Below are positions 34,772 through 46,279 of a stretch of 64,000 bases of DNA, one piece after another (position 1 is the first letter of the stretch; every line of letters starts with the position of its first letter). Under the pieces are notes generated by a model. That model was given only the letters and a program-made list of their open reading frames with translations, made no database searches and was not told the origin of the DNA. The stretch spans positions 13,943 through 77,942 of the forward strand of contig CAWCBX010000054.1 of assembly GCA_963793595.1 (NCBI GenBank), read 5' to 3'. The translations under genes were made by a program, and so were the position numbers. This DNA is from an uncultured Gammaproteobacteria bacterium (lineage in GTDB: Bacteria > Pseudomonadota > Gammaproteobacteria > GCA-001735895).

Positions 34772-37700
34772 TCACGCCAGACGAAGAGTCCTTGGTTTTG
34801 CTGGAGAAATCGGAGTGTTCGTATCTGGAGAGACGGCCTGGCGCTTGTCGAGCGCGCCGGCATTTGTGACTTTGCGAATCTCGGGCCAATAGCGACAGTT
34901 GCGCGTAGGATGATCTTCGGCTTCGCGCAAGTGCTTGTCCCAAAATCTACATCTGTACACGCCGTAGTCGCGCATAGCGACACCGTAGGATCTTGTAGGT
35001 TCGGCTTGTACTAAACGCCATGTCTCAGTAGCAGCGTCGTTCTCTTTGTAACGGATGAAGAATAATCGGTCGGATGACTCGTCGATAGCTCGACTAAGAT
35101 TCTGTAGCGCTTTCTTCTGTAGACGGGAGACTTGCTTAGGGGGGTAATTAGCGGCTTCCAGCTCGGCAAGTTCTTCAAGAGTAAGAGGGTCATCTAGCGT
35201 GGAGGCTTGCTCTTCGCCCTGTTCTCCGTCTCTAGTTTCTACGTCGCGAAACCATGCGCTTTGCGGTAGCTCTCTTAGCGTAGTTTCTAAAGTAGATTCG
35301 TCCTGGTCGTCTAGAGTATCGTCTTGATCTTCCTCATTCTCGCTGTCTTCATCGCTTGATGGTTCTTCTACTTCGTCGTCCCAGATGGAGGCTACTTTTT
35401 CAAAGGCGTAGTTTTCATCTTGGTCGGCCTTGACGTACTTGCCGCGTTCAGTAACGCGTATCCAGCGCTCTAGAGGGTTGCTTACGAGTGGACCGTTCAT
35501 GGAGGCGAATCTCGTGTCGGCTCCGTCGACTAACTTAGGGAAGACTACAACTGAGGGTATCCTTTCCATGCGTGCGGCCTTCTCTTTCACTCGACGACCT
35601 GGTCGGCCTAAGCCTCTAGTAAACGGTATACGTTGAATAATGTACGATGAAGGAGAATCGGCTTGCTCAAGGACGCGATACGGGCCTCGGGCTCTGAAGA
35701 CTAATTTGGCGCTAATGCCGTCTTTGGTGCTAGATTGCACTCGCTTGCGAACTAAGACTATGTCTCCGGGGGAGAATACTCTGGCGCGCTTGCCTTCATT
35801 CTTGTATTCTCGGTGGCGTCGTCTTCTCTCGGTGACAAGAGTAGAGAATATCTCTCGTTGCTTTAACATAAAGGGGAAAGTAGAGTTCATATACTCTAGG
35901 AGTTGTTGGCCTCCTACAGTACTTTGCTCTGCAGAAGTAAGCGGTTTAATGTCGATGGGGAAGGGAAATTCTCTGCCGAAAGCTGGTATACATCTAGGGA
36001 TGTCAGTACCGTCGACGGCGTCGGCGTTCCATGCGTAGATAGCGAAGAATACGCCTTGTACCCACTTATGGAGTGAACCGGTATCGGCAGTGTTAATAGT
36101 TTCTACCTTATTAAGGTATCGGTGGAAACGTTCGTTACGCACAGCCTTATGATTCTCTCTGGATACTGCTACTACAGGTATGAGCATCTGTGTAAACACT
36201 TGCTTGAAGAATCCGGCGAACTTGTTGTCGGCATCTACATAGATTACATGAGGTATTCCTACTTGAAGGAAGACTTGAAAAGCTGCTTGTAGGAGTCTTT
36301 GGGTAGTTATACCCTTACCTAAGAATTGAGGTATGCAGGCTCCGGTGAGCTCGTCGCAGTAAGTAAGTAGTTTTTGATCTCCTTTAGTGCAGTCGGGGAT
36401 ATCGCCTGGATCCCAGAAGTCTAAGAATACTGCGTCCCATGGATTAGTAGACTCTAGTTCGTGTAGGATTTCCATAGTTTCGTGGGAAGTGTTATTCCCG
36501 AATCTGCAATAGAGGCATGCTCGTACTAGGTTCTCGATGTCACGACGGACAGACGGCCACCAGAATCTAGCAATGACTCTGTGTGTAGTTCGTTGAATAC
36601 CACTATGGCCGGCAAATGGAGACGTATGACATGCAGCCATAACTACGTGTTGGAGTTTCTTGGGGACTACTTTAACCTTTAACTGTCTGGTTCTAGAAGA
36701 GTAAGGTAGGTCAAAGTGGTACAAGATACCATTTTCGTACGACAGTCGGTCCTTGTCATATGCATCGGCGTAGCGGCGGTCGTGAAGTTCTCCTACAGGA
36801 ATTTTATCGCTTTTAGCCTGTAAGTGGCGGATAAGAACTTGACAATCGTGGTCTAAGGCGACGGCTTCCTTCCATTCGTTCTCGGTAGGTAGAGGGAGTG
36901 TGATAGCTGGGTTAACTTCGCCTAGATAAGTATTAATCATGGCTTTGTCAACGTTATTGATAGCGTTTACCTCTGCCGTATAAAGGGCGAATGAGATTGC
37001 TTCGAAGGCTTGGCGTCCTGGAAGAGTTCTAACTCGGGGGAGCCAGGTTTCGCGTTCAGTATTAAGTAGCGCGACGGCGCGATTTGGTCCTATGCCTAGG
37101 CCTCGTAGTAACTCGTGGTCTCGAATTGGTCGGCAACAAGCCGGTCCGGGTGTTTTATTCCCGATCCAAATTCCGAACGTGCCGTGGAACAATGGTGAGT
37201 CTGGCTTGACGTCTTGAAGCGCCGGTCCAGGGTGCTTAGAAGAATAAGCAGGCTCGCCTCGTTGACTAGAAGGGGCAAGTCGTGGAGAGACAAAACGTAC
37301 TACTTCGGCTCCGTTGGTATGCATAACTGCTTTGTCGACTGGTGTAGCTAGCGGCATAGTTGCTTGAAGGTCTTTCATAAGAAGGGCGTCTGATACATCA
37401 TAGACCGTATCCATGACCTCGAGCAATTGCGGTGTCCACTCGGTAGAGGGTGTACTAGGGAATGTGAACTTGCTAGTAACAATAGATGGCAGTAGCGTGA
37501 ACACTTGGTGCTTGGAGTCTATCCATCCTCCATGACTGGCGTTGCTAATGGAGCTAGAGATGAGCTTCCAATCGGATGTCATGAAACTAAGCTGGGTTAA
37601 GCGCTTGGAGACGATAGGTCTAAACTCCGGGCACATAAGTACAACGGCTTGAAGATCGCAAGTCTTCACAGCGAACTCGGCGATGCTAGCTACCTTGGCT

Positions 37701-39245
37701 AGCCAATCTTGTAGCTGTTTACTCGGTGATCCTATATTTAACGGTTTTGAGTAAGGGTAGACTGCAATCATCCAGTCTAGTAGGAGAGGAGGCGTTGGGT
37801 TATCGCTAACGTGCTGCATCCAATCGCTTGGTAGTACGGAAGGGAAATCCGCATTGAGTTCCTCTGCTAAACCTTTACGCTCATGCTCCAACCGTATGAT
37901 GTTGGTAGCGGCTAAACCAACGGCGTTGAAGGCTTCTGAAATGGGTGCGCCTAATGCATCTACTAGCAGTAGACTTCGTTGCTTGCATGCAATGTACTCC
38001 GGTGTTCTACGTGCATTCTTGGTAGTAGCTTCGCCGACGAAGCATACTGGCGGTAATACTTGAAGCGGAAAAGTAGGCTTAAGAGATGTGTCTTCCTCTA
38101 TCTTTAACATTTGAAGGTTAATAGTAGACAGTGGAACGACGCTCTCCATAGGCTTGTTGTTCCAGGGAGGTATACGGGACATGTGGTTGCGCTGGCTAAA
38201 CCAGGCGGGAGCGTTAGAGATACCTCGGTGCGAGCTAGGTTCACTTGACACTAACGGGGTACCAATGACCGCGCTTCTGGTTTCGGCTTGCGCTTGAAAG
38301 AAATCAGACTCGTCGTAACCAGTCATGTCGCGCCAAGAGTACAGGTAGTCAACTTCGGTACTGCTGTTTGTAGGGCTAATTAGACCTAAATTAACTGGTA
38401 CTATCGATGTACTTGGTGGTGGTAGAGGAATGGCTGTGGCGGTAGTAGCTGCAGCTAGCTCGTTGGCGTTCGGAAATTGTTGCTGTTCGTGTCCGTACAG
38501 GCGTGTGTACTCTTCCCACTGTCGGTTGTATCTGGAGAGAGCGTCGCATTCCGTCATCATTCTGGCGGGTCTATGTTCGAAACGGAAGTTGTAACATAGT
38601 AGCTCGGCTCTCCATCTACTAAGTTGGTGGTTAGGTGAAATCTCGTCGCCTGGTTGGGGGTCGAAAAACTTGCTTAGTCCTGAGCAGTCGCCTAAAAGTA
38701 AGAACTCGGTGCCCATCAGGTACCGGTGACATTTACGAATCGCCCAGCGAACGGTGGCGGCTTCACCTACATAGCTATGGGCTGACGTTTCGGCCTTAGT
38801 AGTGCAACGCCTACTACCGAACATAACTGGTCGAAGTCTTAGGCCATTAATAGTTCTATCGAAGTTGCTCTTAGGTAGCTTAGTATGCAAAGTACCGTCT
38901 TGCGATATCTTGGCGATGCGCTGCTCTTCGGCGATGCTTTCTGGAGAAGAGTCCGGTTGACATAGAGCGAAACCCATACCTAATCGGCACCAATCCGTTT
39001 TTAACACGAAGAGACGGTTAGGGTCCGGTCTAGCTAACGGCGGTCCTGAAAGAATAAACTGCTTGAGGCTATCGAAGAGTTCTTGCTCTTTGGACGTCCA
39101 GAGCTCTTTCATACGTTTAACCTCTTCTTCCAGAGTACATTCTCCTGGGGCAGGTTGCTTGGCTAGGACTTCACGCCACGGGATGATTTGCATCTCATAA
39201 CTCGGTATATGTTTTGAGTAGAAACCGAGGTGCACTCTCGTTACA
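34772..39245 (-). mobile_element. Ty3/gypsy-type LTR retrotransposon Pol, 5'-truncated (RT connection/RNase H, ~340 aa extra domain, integrase); no gag, protease or RT palm
   Basis: 1487 aa ORF. It begins YSKHIPSYEMQIIPW...LARPDPNRLFVLKTDWCRLGMGFALCQ (RT thumb/RNase H). The integrase HHCC finger is HTSPFAGHSGIQRTTHRVIARFWWPSVRRDIENLVRACLYC. The D,D35E core is FLDFWD...YVDADNKF...NERFH. The order RNase H then IN indicates gypsy-type. An overlapping frame (34522-34983) may extend the C-terminus. Confidence 0.85.
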
Positions 39246-39560
39246 TTTCTTCAAAATATCTGCCCTGGCTTTTGCTACTCGGCGACAGACTTCAATTTCT
39301 TGAAGAGTCGTGAACGTTTGGTTGCCAACTTTTGCCTCGCGTGCCTTTTCGGATTTGATCAGATATTTGGCACGCATATTGGTATACATGGAAATAACAG
39401 CCTCGTATATCTTCTGACTCGTTTCTTCCTCACATGATATATCATACATACAGGGACGAAACAACTCTTCATACAGTTCTTTGCTTTCAACCAGGGTGCG
39501 CTCGATTACCTTGAAGAGGTCACCGCCGTATCGGGCAAAGCCTCGCTGGTTGCCGTGCTT
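39246..39560 (-). mobile_element. fragment of a second, divergent copy of the transposase C-terminal region carried by the 40.3-46.3 kb transposon
   Basis: Minus-frame translation ...ESKELYEELFRPCMYDISCEEETSQKIYEAVISMYTNMRAKYLIKSEKAREAKVGNQTFTTLQEI aligns by eye with ...TDGALYKQFLGCDKTTTVPEATRKEMYFRLCEHAVHARFRENVKTYSEQ...SNLTFRAQLAE of ORF 44272-45138. There is no ATG, and it ends exactly where the gypsy sequence begins. Confidence 0.4.
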
Positions 39561-40297
39561 TCGGAAGACGCACTCTGACGTTCTTCAGGTTGCGTTGAGG
39601 CGAACAGACGGCCGCCCAGTAGGGCTGCCATTGATTCATTGGTATTATCATGGTGACCAATGCATGTGCAAAGGGAGAATGTGGAGTTCGCACATGAAAT
39701 TAGAGGCGACTTTCATGCTAAGCCGTTTCAGATTTGAACACTTTGTACTAGAATTACGTAGAAATCTACTGCAGCGGAACAGAGAGAGAATGCATACCCT
39801 GGTTGCAATACATCCACATAGGGGACAGGCCTTTCAACCTTCACGCCCATTTAGCCCTTGAGGTGACGGCTGGTGGCTGCATGCCTTCTTGGGGGAGACC
39901 CCGGCGTGCGCCCTTACTGCGGCGGAAGCATGTAATGTGGGGGCCGCGGCGGTGCGCGGCGTGTGTGTGAGTGAGTGCGCGCGTCGGCCGGTCGTGTAAC
40001 GCAATTACAAGTGGGACAAATCAATATTCATCTTCGGGACATAGAAAAAAACATTCCTTCTGCTGGGCCGTTTTTTTAGTCTTCGACCTTCAGGCTTGTA
40101 CACTTTTCTGTTGAAGGGTAATCTCTGACAGAGAGCCGGCCTGGATAAATTTTTCAAGAATAACGAATAAAAGTGAATGCAGTCTTTACTATCACTTATT
40201 ACCCCTGTACCAAGTGGGACGGGAATCGAAGAATCAATCACATCAATCGAACAGTCACGAAGTCAACTCCGGGTGCCTCAATTCAGAGGGGCGCGGG

Positions 40298-40325
40298 TAG
40301 GGGGATAAAGAAAAGATGGGGTGGA
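40298..40325 (+). repeat. left TIR TAGGGGGATAAAGAAAAGATGGGGTGGA
   Basis: Exact reverse complement of 46252-46279. The imperfect match continues inward to ~43 bp ((T/C)AAC, G5 versus C5, GAAACA). Confidence 0.9.
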
Positions 40326-41415
40326 TAACGGGGGGAAACAATTTCTTCGTGTCTTAGAAAATCTTATGTTCCCCGCGTCAAACCATCCTCGGCAAAGAAT
40401 GTTGTCCGCACCAGGATCTGCGCACCTTTTACCTCGGTTTTGCAATGAGAACCTGTTGGCCGGATGACGCGCGCGCCCAAAATCGAAGCCGAGCCAGAGC
40501 CAGAGCAAGCGCACGCGAACACGATCGATTGGTGCATCGTCTTGAACTCTCGACGGTATCCGAGTGGATCCGATGCTAGTACCAATAATAGAGCAACACC
40601 TATTCACTACAAAACAACAGCTTCTTTATACATACATTATGGCTCCCAAGTGTCCCTGCTCCTGGGGACCATTGTGTGCCAGATACGAACACATGCTAGC
40701 AAAAGAGGGCGGTGACAAGAGATACCGACCGCGGCGCAGCAGGGAGAATTCGCGTGAAACACAATCCGAACTCTTACAAAAACATTGCTCTTCGTGAAGC
40801 CATTCACCACCACTTGTGCGTTCCACCAAACATACAAGCGGAAAACAGAGAATACTTCATTGCCCGACACCACTTCCATCCTGGCCTCCTGGACCATCTC
40901 CTCGACGAGAAACAATTTCGCCTCGAAAATGTACCTGACGACGCCACTGCGAGGCCGACATTGCATCCCGCTTTGGAATACGAAGGAAAGCTGAACATGT
41001 ATCCAGTCCAACCATCAAATCCTCCGCCCACTGGATGGATGCGTGTCAAGGACAATTCGAAATTCATCCCGGTCCCAAATTATGGTAAGCTGAAGGTGAA
41101 GGAAATGGTTGAGCAGGTCCAATCATCTAGAAACACCAGAAATGATGATTGCGGCTGCACGGTACCTGCCTTCAACCGATACTACCACCGGAGACAACTC
41201 GTTCGTAGTCAACTCGAAGGGAGTTGCTGATAGCAGTGGCACCGAGTCCGACGAAAGCACGGAGTGCTGCCGTGTCAGAAGGCACCGATGACCCGTTGAC
41301 CAGAGCACTACAGCAATCTGAAAAGGAATTGGTAGCAACAGTGAAAAGGCAGTATGCAGAGATTAGCAGATAGAAATATCAGCGATGAGATGAGCAAGCA
41401 CAATATCTGTACTGT

Positions 41416-43413
41416 ATGCCTTACCAGAAGCCAAGAAGCCAATTGAAATGCCGGACGGACGTGGATCAGTACCATGCCCGGGCTTCGTCATCAACTGCTG
41501 GCAAGCAACAGATGCGCATGAAGGCAAATAGTCCTTCTATCGCTACAGACAAGAATCACACTGTAGCAAGTGCGCCCAACCGGCGATACCGCAACAGAAA
41601 GCATGAGAAATCTAGAGCTGACAATGGAAACAAAAGAATCGAACCAAGCAGCCACGCCAATTGGACCAAGCTCAGCCCAAGCAGCGTCGCCAAAAGAGCT
41701 GCCCGTCTCCACAAGCAAAACACCGCCCTCAATGCGAAGCTAAAACGCCTCCAGCACAGACTGTCCGAAGGCAGGGTAACGATATCCATAAACACTGCCG
41801 ACAAGGGCAATAAAGAGCTCACCGACATGCTTGGCAAGGCATCAGCATATGCCAAAAGCAAGGCCACGGCTACCAAGAAATCTGTCGTTGCTGCTATAAT
41901 TGAATCTGAAGTAGGCTACGCCAACGATGAGATCCGCGCGAAGGTGGAAGAGGCGGCTTCTTTTGTAGTAGAGGAGATGGTAAACATGGGAAAGAAGATA
42001 AAAGGGCACGAGAAGCAAGTTAGAATAAATCCTCAGATTATGCGTAGCTGCTTAGTAAGTTGGGCTACTGGAAAGGCAGGATACAAAGAGTTTCAGGCGA
42101 GCAGCATTTGGACTTACCCGTCACCATCAAGGCTGAAGAAGCTTGCTGGCTTGATGACGGTAAATGAAGGCAGCTGTCTCAAGATATACTCGTGGATAGC
42201 AGACGAGTTGGCCAAAGCCGTGGAGCATGAGACTACTGGCACCGGGCTCAAAGGAGCCACGAAAGGAGCCGCAAATGAGACCAGAGGATGGATACCTGTG
42301 CAGTTGCTGTGCGATGAAATGAGTCTAATAGACGGGGTGATCCAGAACCCTCTGACCAATCGCGTAGTGGGATTCGTTGTTCACGACGAGACCTTTAGTC
42401 TCACCAAGGAGATGATTGAGCTCCTCAGGGACGATATGCCTGCTTTGAGGAAAGCAGAATGTAGAGGGGAAGGAGACAATCTGGCAAAGAAGGTGAATCA
42501 ATTCGCTATTCGGTCGGTTTACGGCGAGTCAAGACGTATTGAGTTCCACTACAATTCAGGAGGACTTACCGGTGACGAAATATTGTACCAGGCCCTCCAC
42601 TGTCTCACTGCGCTCGCATACATCAAGGTCAGTCCGATGCAATGGCTTCAAGATGCCGGTGGGAACAATGCTAGAGCATTCCGACTGTTGCGCGGGGGCA
42701 AAAAGCTTACCGATGATGCTTGGGTCGATGCCGCCGACCTCACCTTTCGTAATCCAGCCCACCCGTGTCTTCAGAAGTGTTCGGTATCCCACTGCATGGT
42801 GCACAATGGCAAGGGCGTCAACAATGCCTTTACCGACAGCAGGCCGGACGGGAAGAGAAGCCTGCAAGACGAGGACGGCACTGATATCTCACACATCACC
42901 GCTGAAACCCAGTTCGGTAGGGAACAAGACCGAGAGGAGGCAGGCACCATACGAAAGACTGATCTCACAAGGTCGGCCGTGATATCGGACCTATACAACA
43001 GGCTTGGAGTAAAGGAGATGAAGTGCGGGTACAGCAGGAAGACTCTTGGCGAGCAGCATGTATTCGTAGGCAAGCAGCTAGGATGTCTCGACGAGATGGT
43101 TTTGCCACCAGAGATGGCAGCTCCTGGCGACTCGGAACACTATGCTAAGCTCACGCGGCAGCTGCACATGAGGCGCATTCGCATTCTAAAAGCAAAGGCG
43201 AGGGAGACGGGAGTATCAATGGAGCTGAAGAGTGAAGTCGCTGCTCTTGAATTCCGCGCATACGTAGCCTGCATCTTCAACGAATTCTTCCTGCATTCAA
43301 AAGTAGCATTCACAAAGGACAACATTGATGAGTACGAGGAAGAAATGAAAACATATCTTGGATACTTTGAGAGATGCCGAAAAGCAGCAAAGCGAGAGGA
43401 AAGAAACAAATGA
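41416..43413 (+). CDS. P-element/THAP9-like transposase, main ORF
   Basis: 665 aa. QLLCDEMSLIDGVIQNPLTNRVVGFV corresponds to the DEMxI...G motif. AKKVNQFAIRSVYGESRRIEFHYNSGGLTGDEILYQALHCLTALAYIKVSPMQWLQDAGGNNARAFRLL corresponds to the CDxGxxN region. FRNPAHPCLQKCSVSHCMVHNGKGVNNAF is also present. Downstream frames (43358-43766) continue with ...NQSLLEGGFS / RYMRAHGFDTP, resembling QDxLExFFSxxRxxGG. Confidence 0.7.
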   Translation: MPYQKPRSQLKCRTDVDQYHARASSSTAGKQQMRMKANSPSIATDKNHTVASAPNRRYRNRKHEKSRADNGNKRIEPSSHANWTKLSPSSVAKRAARLHKQNTALNAKLKRLQHRLSEGRVTISINTADKGNKELTDMLGKASAYAKSKATATKKSVVAAIIESEVGYANDEIRAKVEEAASFVVEEMVNMGKKIKGHEKQVRINPQIMRSCLVSWATGKAGYKEFQASSIWTYPSPSRLKKLAGLMTVNEGSCLKIYSWIADELAKAVEHETTGTGLKGATKGAANETRGWIPVQLLCDEMSLIDGVIQNPLTNRVVGFVVHDETFSLTKEMIELLRDDMPALRKAECRGEGDNLAKKVNQFAIRSVYGESRRIEFHYNSGGLTGDEILYQALHCLTALAYIKVSPMQWLQDAGGNNARAFRLLRGGKKLTDDAWVDAADLTFRNPAHPCLQKCSVSHCMVHNGKGVNNAFTDSRPDGKRSLQDEDGTDISHITAETQFGREQDREEAGTIRKTDLTRSAVISDLYNRLGVKEMKCGYSRKTLGEQHVFVGKQLGCLDEMVLPPEMAAPGDSEHYAKLTRQLHMRRIRILKAKARETGVSMELKSEVAALEFRAYVACIFNEFFLHSKVAFTKDNIDEYEEEMKTYLGYFERCRKAAKREERNK

Positions 43414-44271
43414 GAAGTGGCATTTGACTGCACTCGACAAGAAAACTTACGACTTCCTCCGAATGAGTGTTGCCGGCGCATTTCTCTACGCTCGAACTGT
43501 GCTCAATCTTAAAGACCCACCCAAGTTTGTACCGGTACTTTACTCCAATCAATCTCTCCTTGAAGGAGGCTTCTCGTTACATGAGAGCCCATGGATTCGA
43601 CACCCCGCAAAAGTATCAATTCGGAGTCGCCGTCGCTGATTTTGCCAAGCAGTTCGACCACCTCGACAACAACAAGTGCTACGACGCCCAAGACGAGACT
43701 GGCAGCAGCATGCGATCGCTGGAAAGAGTAACAGGACGGCAAGACAGCGCCGTGAACGCATCTTGATCGGATGGCAAAGGAAGATGGATGCGAAGGTTGA
43801 GGCTCGTCGCAATGGAGATGTCAACTTGGGCATTGCCATAGTAGCTTCAGCAGTAGTGGCACAACCAATTGAAGGAGATCGTCGGGATGGAATGGCCCGT
43901 CTCATAGCTCCCTTGCTCCAGAGAGAAACTGAAAGGGCACTTTTCCGACTGCATAGCGAGCAGAGAGGAGTTTCAACAGTGGGCCAAGTTAGCTGCAGAT
44001 CAGTGGGTGAAGCCATGGTATGACGCATTTTACAACATGACAGAGAAAGAAGAACGCACCTTTGACAGCGTCTGCCAAGTCATCATGGGGAGGCTATTTC
44101 TGCGCTTTGAGCTCGTGGCGCCAAGGATGGGGACGAATTCGAGTAGCGTCAAGGCATCGTACTGGCTCCAAGTGTACCAGTACTTGTCGAGCGCGGAATT
44201 CAACAGAGATATTTTTCCACTGCCCGTGCTGTTACGGAAGAGGACCGCCATCGTATCCCTGGTGATGGTGC

Positions 44272-45138
44272 ATGACGGATATTCTGGAAGACTGGGTCAA
44301 GTCAGCAGCAGCTGCTGCCCGCAATCGCCGTCCGACCTTGGCGCCGCCACGGTACTTCCATCAGACGATATCCGAGTCGTTGTCTGTTGATGAACAGAAT
44401 GAAGAAGTCAATGTAATGGTTGGATATGCCGTATTCAAGATTAGAGGTCATTATTACAAAAACGAAATCAAAAGTAGTTCCTGTCAAGAACAAGCGGCAA
44501 TAAACACTTACGTCGACAGAATGAGGACATTACATGGGGCGGCAATGGCTGACGCAGAGTATCTCGAGAACTGCTACTCTATATCTGACAGGATGAGGAA
44601 TTTGTCGGGCTATACGTTGGTGTCAAAGCAATATTTTGTTTTTGGTCGGCATCTAATGTGTAAAATACGATCGTTGGTAAGCAAAGACGTAATGGAAGAA
44701 GAGCGCAACAAAGTTCAGTCAGAAGCACTACAGAAGATTAGGACTGACGGCGCACTGTACAAGCAGTTTCTCGGATGCGACAAGACAACAACAGTGCCGG
44801 AGGCAACAAGAAAAGAAATGTATTTCCGCCTTTGCGAACATGCTGTGCATGCTAGATTTCGGGAAAATGTCAAAACATACAGCGAGCAATACACCAGTAG
44901 GTACTCCGTCTCAGCATCAAACCTTACCTTTCGAGCTCAACTCGCCGAGAGATCAAAGAAATTTGCCACAAAGCGATCAGAGCAGATGGACGAAAGACTC
45001 GAGCTTCAGAGACAGCAAAAGAGGAGGAAAACAAATAATGAGCGAAATCGTAGAAACATAATACATACAAAAGTACAGTATAACACATTTATTGAAATGA
45101 GGGCATTGCAGCAGAGCAGAGGCTTACCATGGTACTAA
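44272..45138 (+). CDS. C-terminal ORF of the transposon (function unknown; probably part of the transposase or a second element ORF)
   Basis: 288 aa ORF inside the TIR-bounded element, with a diverged paralogous fragment at 39246-39560. Confidence 0.45.
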   Translation: MTDILEDWVKSAAAAARNRRPTLAPPRYFHQTISESLSVDEQNEEVNVMVGYAVFKIRGHYYKNEIKSSSCQEQAAINTYVDRMRTLHGAAMADAEYLENCYSISDRMRNLSGYTLVSKQYFVFGRHLMCKIRSLVSKDVMEEERNKVQSEALQKIRTDGALYKQFLGCDKTTTVPEATRKEMYFRLCEHAVHARFRENVKTYSEQYTSRYSVSASNLTFRAQLAERSKKFATKRSEQMDERLELQRQQKRRKTNNERNRRNIIHTKVQYNTFIEMRALQQSRGLPWY

Positions 45139-46251
45139 TAGATTGTTGAGCTTGATTTCTGCTGCATGTACTCCGGCTCGTCGCTGTGGCATTGAGAATG
45201 GTTACGCCGCTACTAGTAAGATATGACCTACTGCGCTTGAATACTAGTAGTAGGTATGCCGGAAGGTGGGGAGGATGGCAACACCTGTGATGCCTACCTT
45301 GCACCGCTGTCATACGTGATAGGACTAGCGATAGGACTAGCGGTAAAAAGATGCAGGCTCGATGACGGCAAATGAAGGCAGCGGCGTCAAGATGTACTGC
45401 AGGATTAGCCGGCGGCTGCAGGATTAGCCGGCAGCGGCGGCATTTGGTGATAGCGGCGGTAGCTGATGGCGACGATGACGATGATGATGTCAGGCAGCGG
45501 CAAAGACCAAAGGCCGACGGCAGACGGCATTGAAGACTAGCGAGTAGCGAGGCTGCCGGCTGGTGTCCAGTACGAGTAGATTACACAGGGAAGAGGACGG
45601 CGGCAGCGACGTAGGCCTAGTATGGCAATGGCAGGCCGTGGTGATGGCAGCAACGACCAGACGACGACGACCGAGACGAACTGTGTATTTGAGGATGAAT
45701 AGACGTTATGCAAGGTAAGGAAAGGAAGATAGCATCAGATAAACATGTCAGAGGAGCGAAACAACACGCAATGTACAAGCGGCGACGAATAATGTTGACG
45801 ACATCCATTAGACACGCATCGCCAGTATCTGTCATGAATCCCCAATGTACTGTTGAATGCAGGTACGTGTCCAAGATTGGCCGATGAGGGTCAGTACACA
45901 AATCCAGGCCATCTAAATCCGACAACCGGAAGAAGATTTGTCGGGCGGTATCCATCGAGATAGCCGCTGCTACATCGCCCTCGTCCTCCTCGAGATCAGC
46001 CGATACAACGCGAGAAATGAACTCCGATGCTACTCACCTTATCGATCTGTCGATAGCATACCCTAAGTAAGGAACGATACCGCCACGACAAGAATGGTAG
46101 CGACCGCCATGGCGGTGCCGATTATTCCCATGGTTGGCCTCTTGCTTCTGTGAACACGAGCCTGCCGATAGGTGCGCAGAATCTTTTTTCCCACTTCTTC
46201 GGGAAGTGCGAAAGCATGTCGCTATTTTAGTCGAGGATGTTTCGGGGGTTG

Positions 46252-46279
46252 TCCACCCCATCTTTTCTTTATCCCCCTA
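46252..46279 (-). repeat. right TIR (reverse complement of the left TIR)
   Basis: TCCACCCCATCTTTTCTTTATCCCCCTA on the plus strand. Confidence 0.9.

Larger units (their letters stand above)
40298..46279 (+). mobile_element. P-element/THAP9-like DNA transposon (~5,982 bp) with terminal inverted repeats; transposase broken into several frames
   Basis: It has perfect 28-bp TIRs at both ends. The 8-bp flanks are GGCGCGGG and GGCGCGAT, matching at 6 of 8 positions. The internal ORFs carry P-transposase-like motifs. Confidence 0.75.

Noticed and set aside
40712-41230. A THAP zinc-finger DNA-binding domain at the 5' end of the P-like transposon (EYFIARHHF...ENVPDDATARPTLHP resembles CxxHF...AVPTIF).
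   Set aside because: The C2CH metal ligands are not present, with only one Cys in the region. The resemblance is too weak to annotate, and it may be a decayed remnant.
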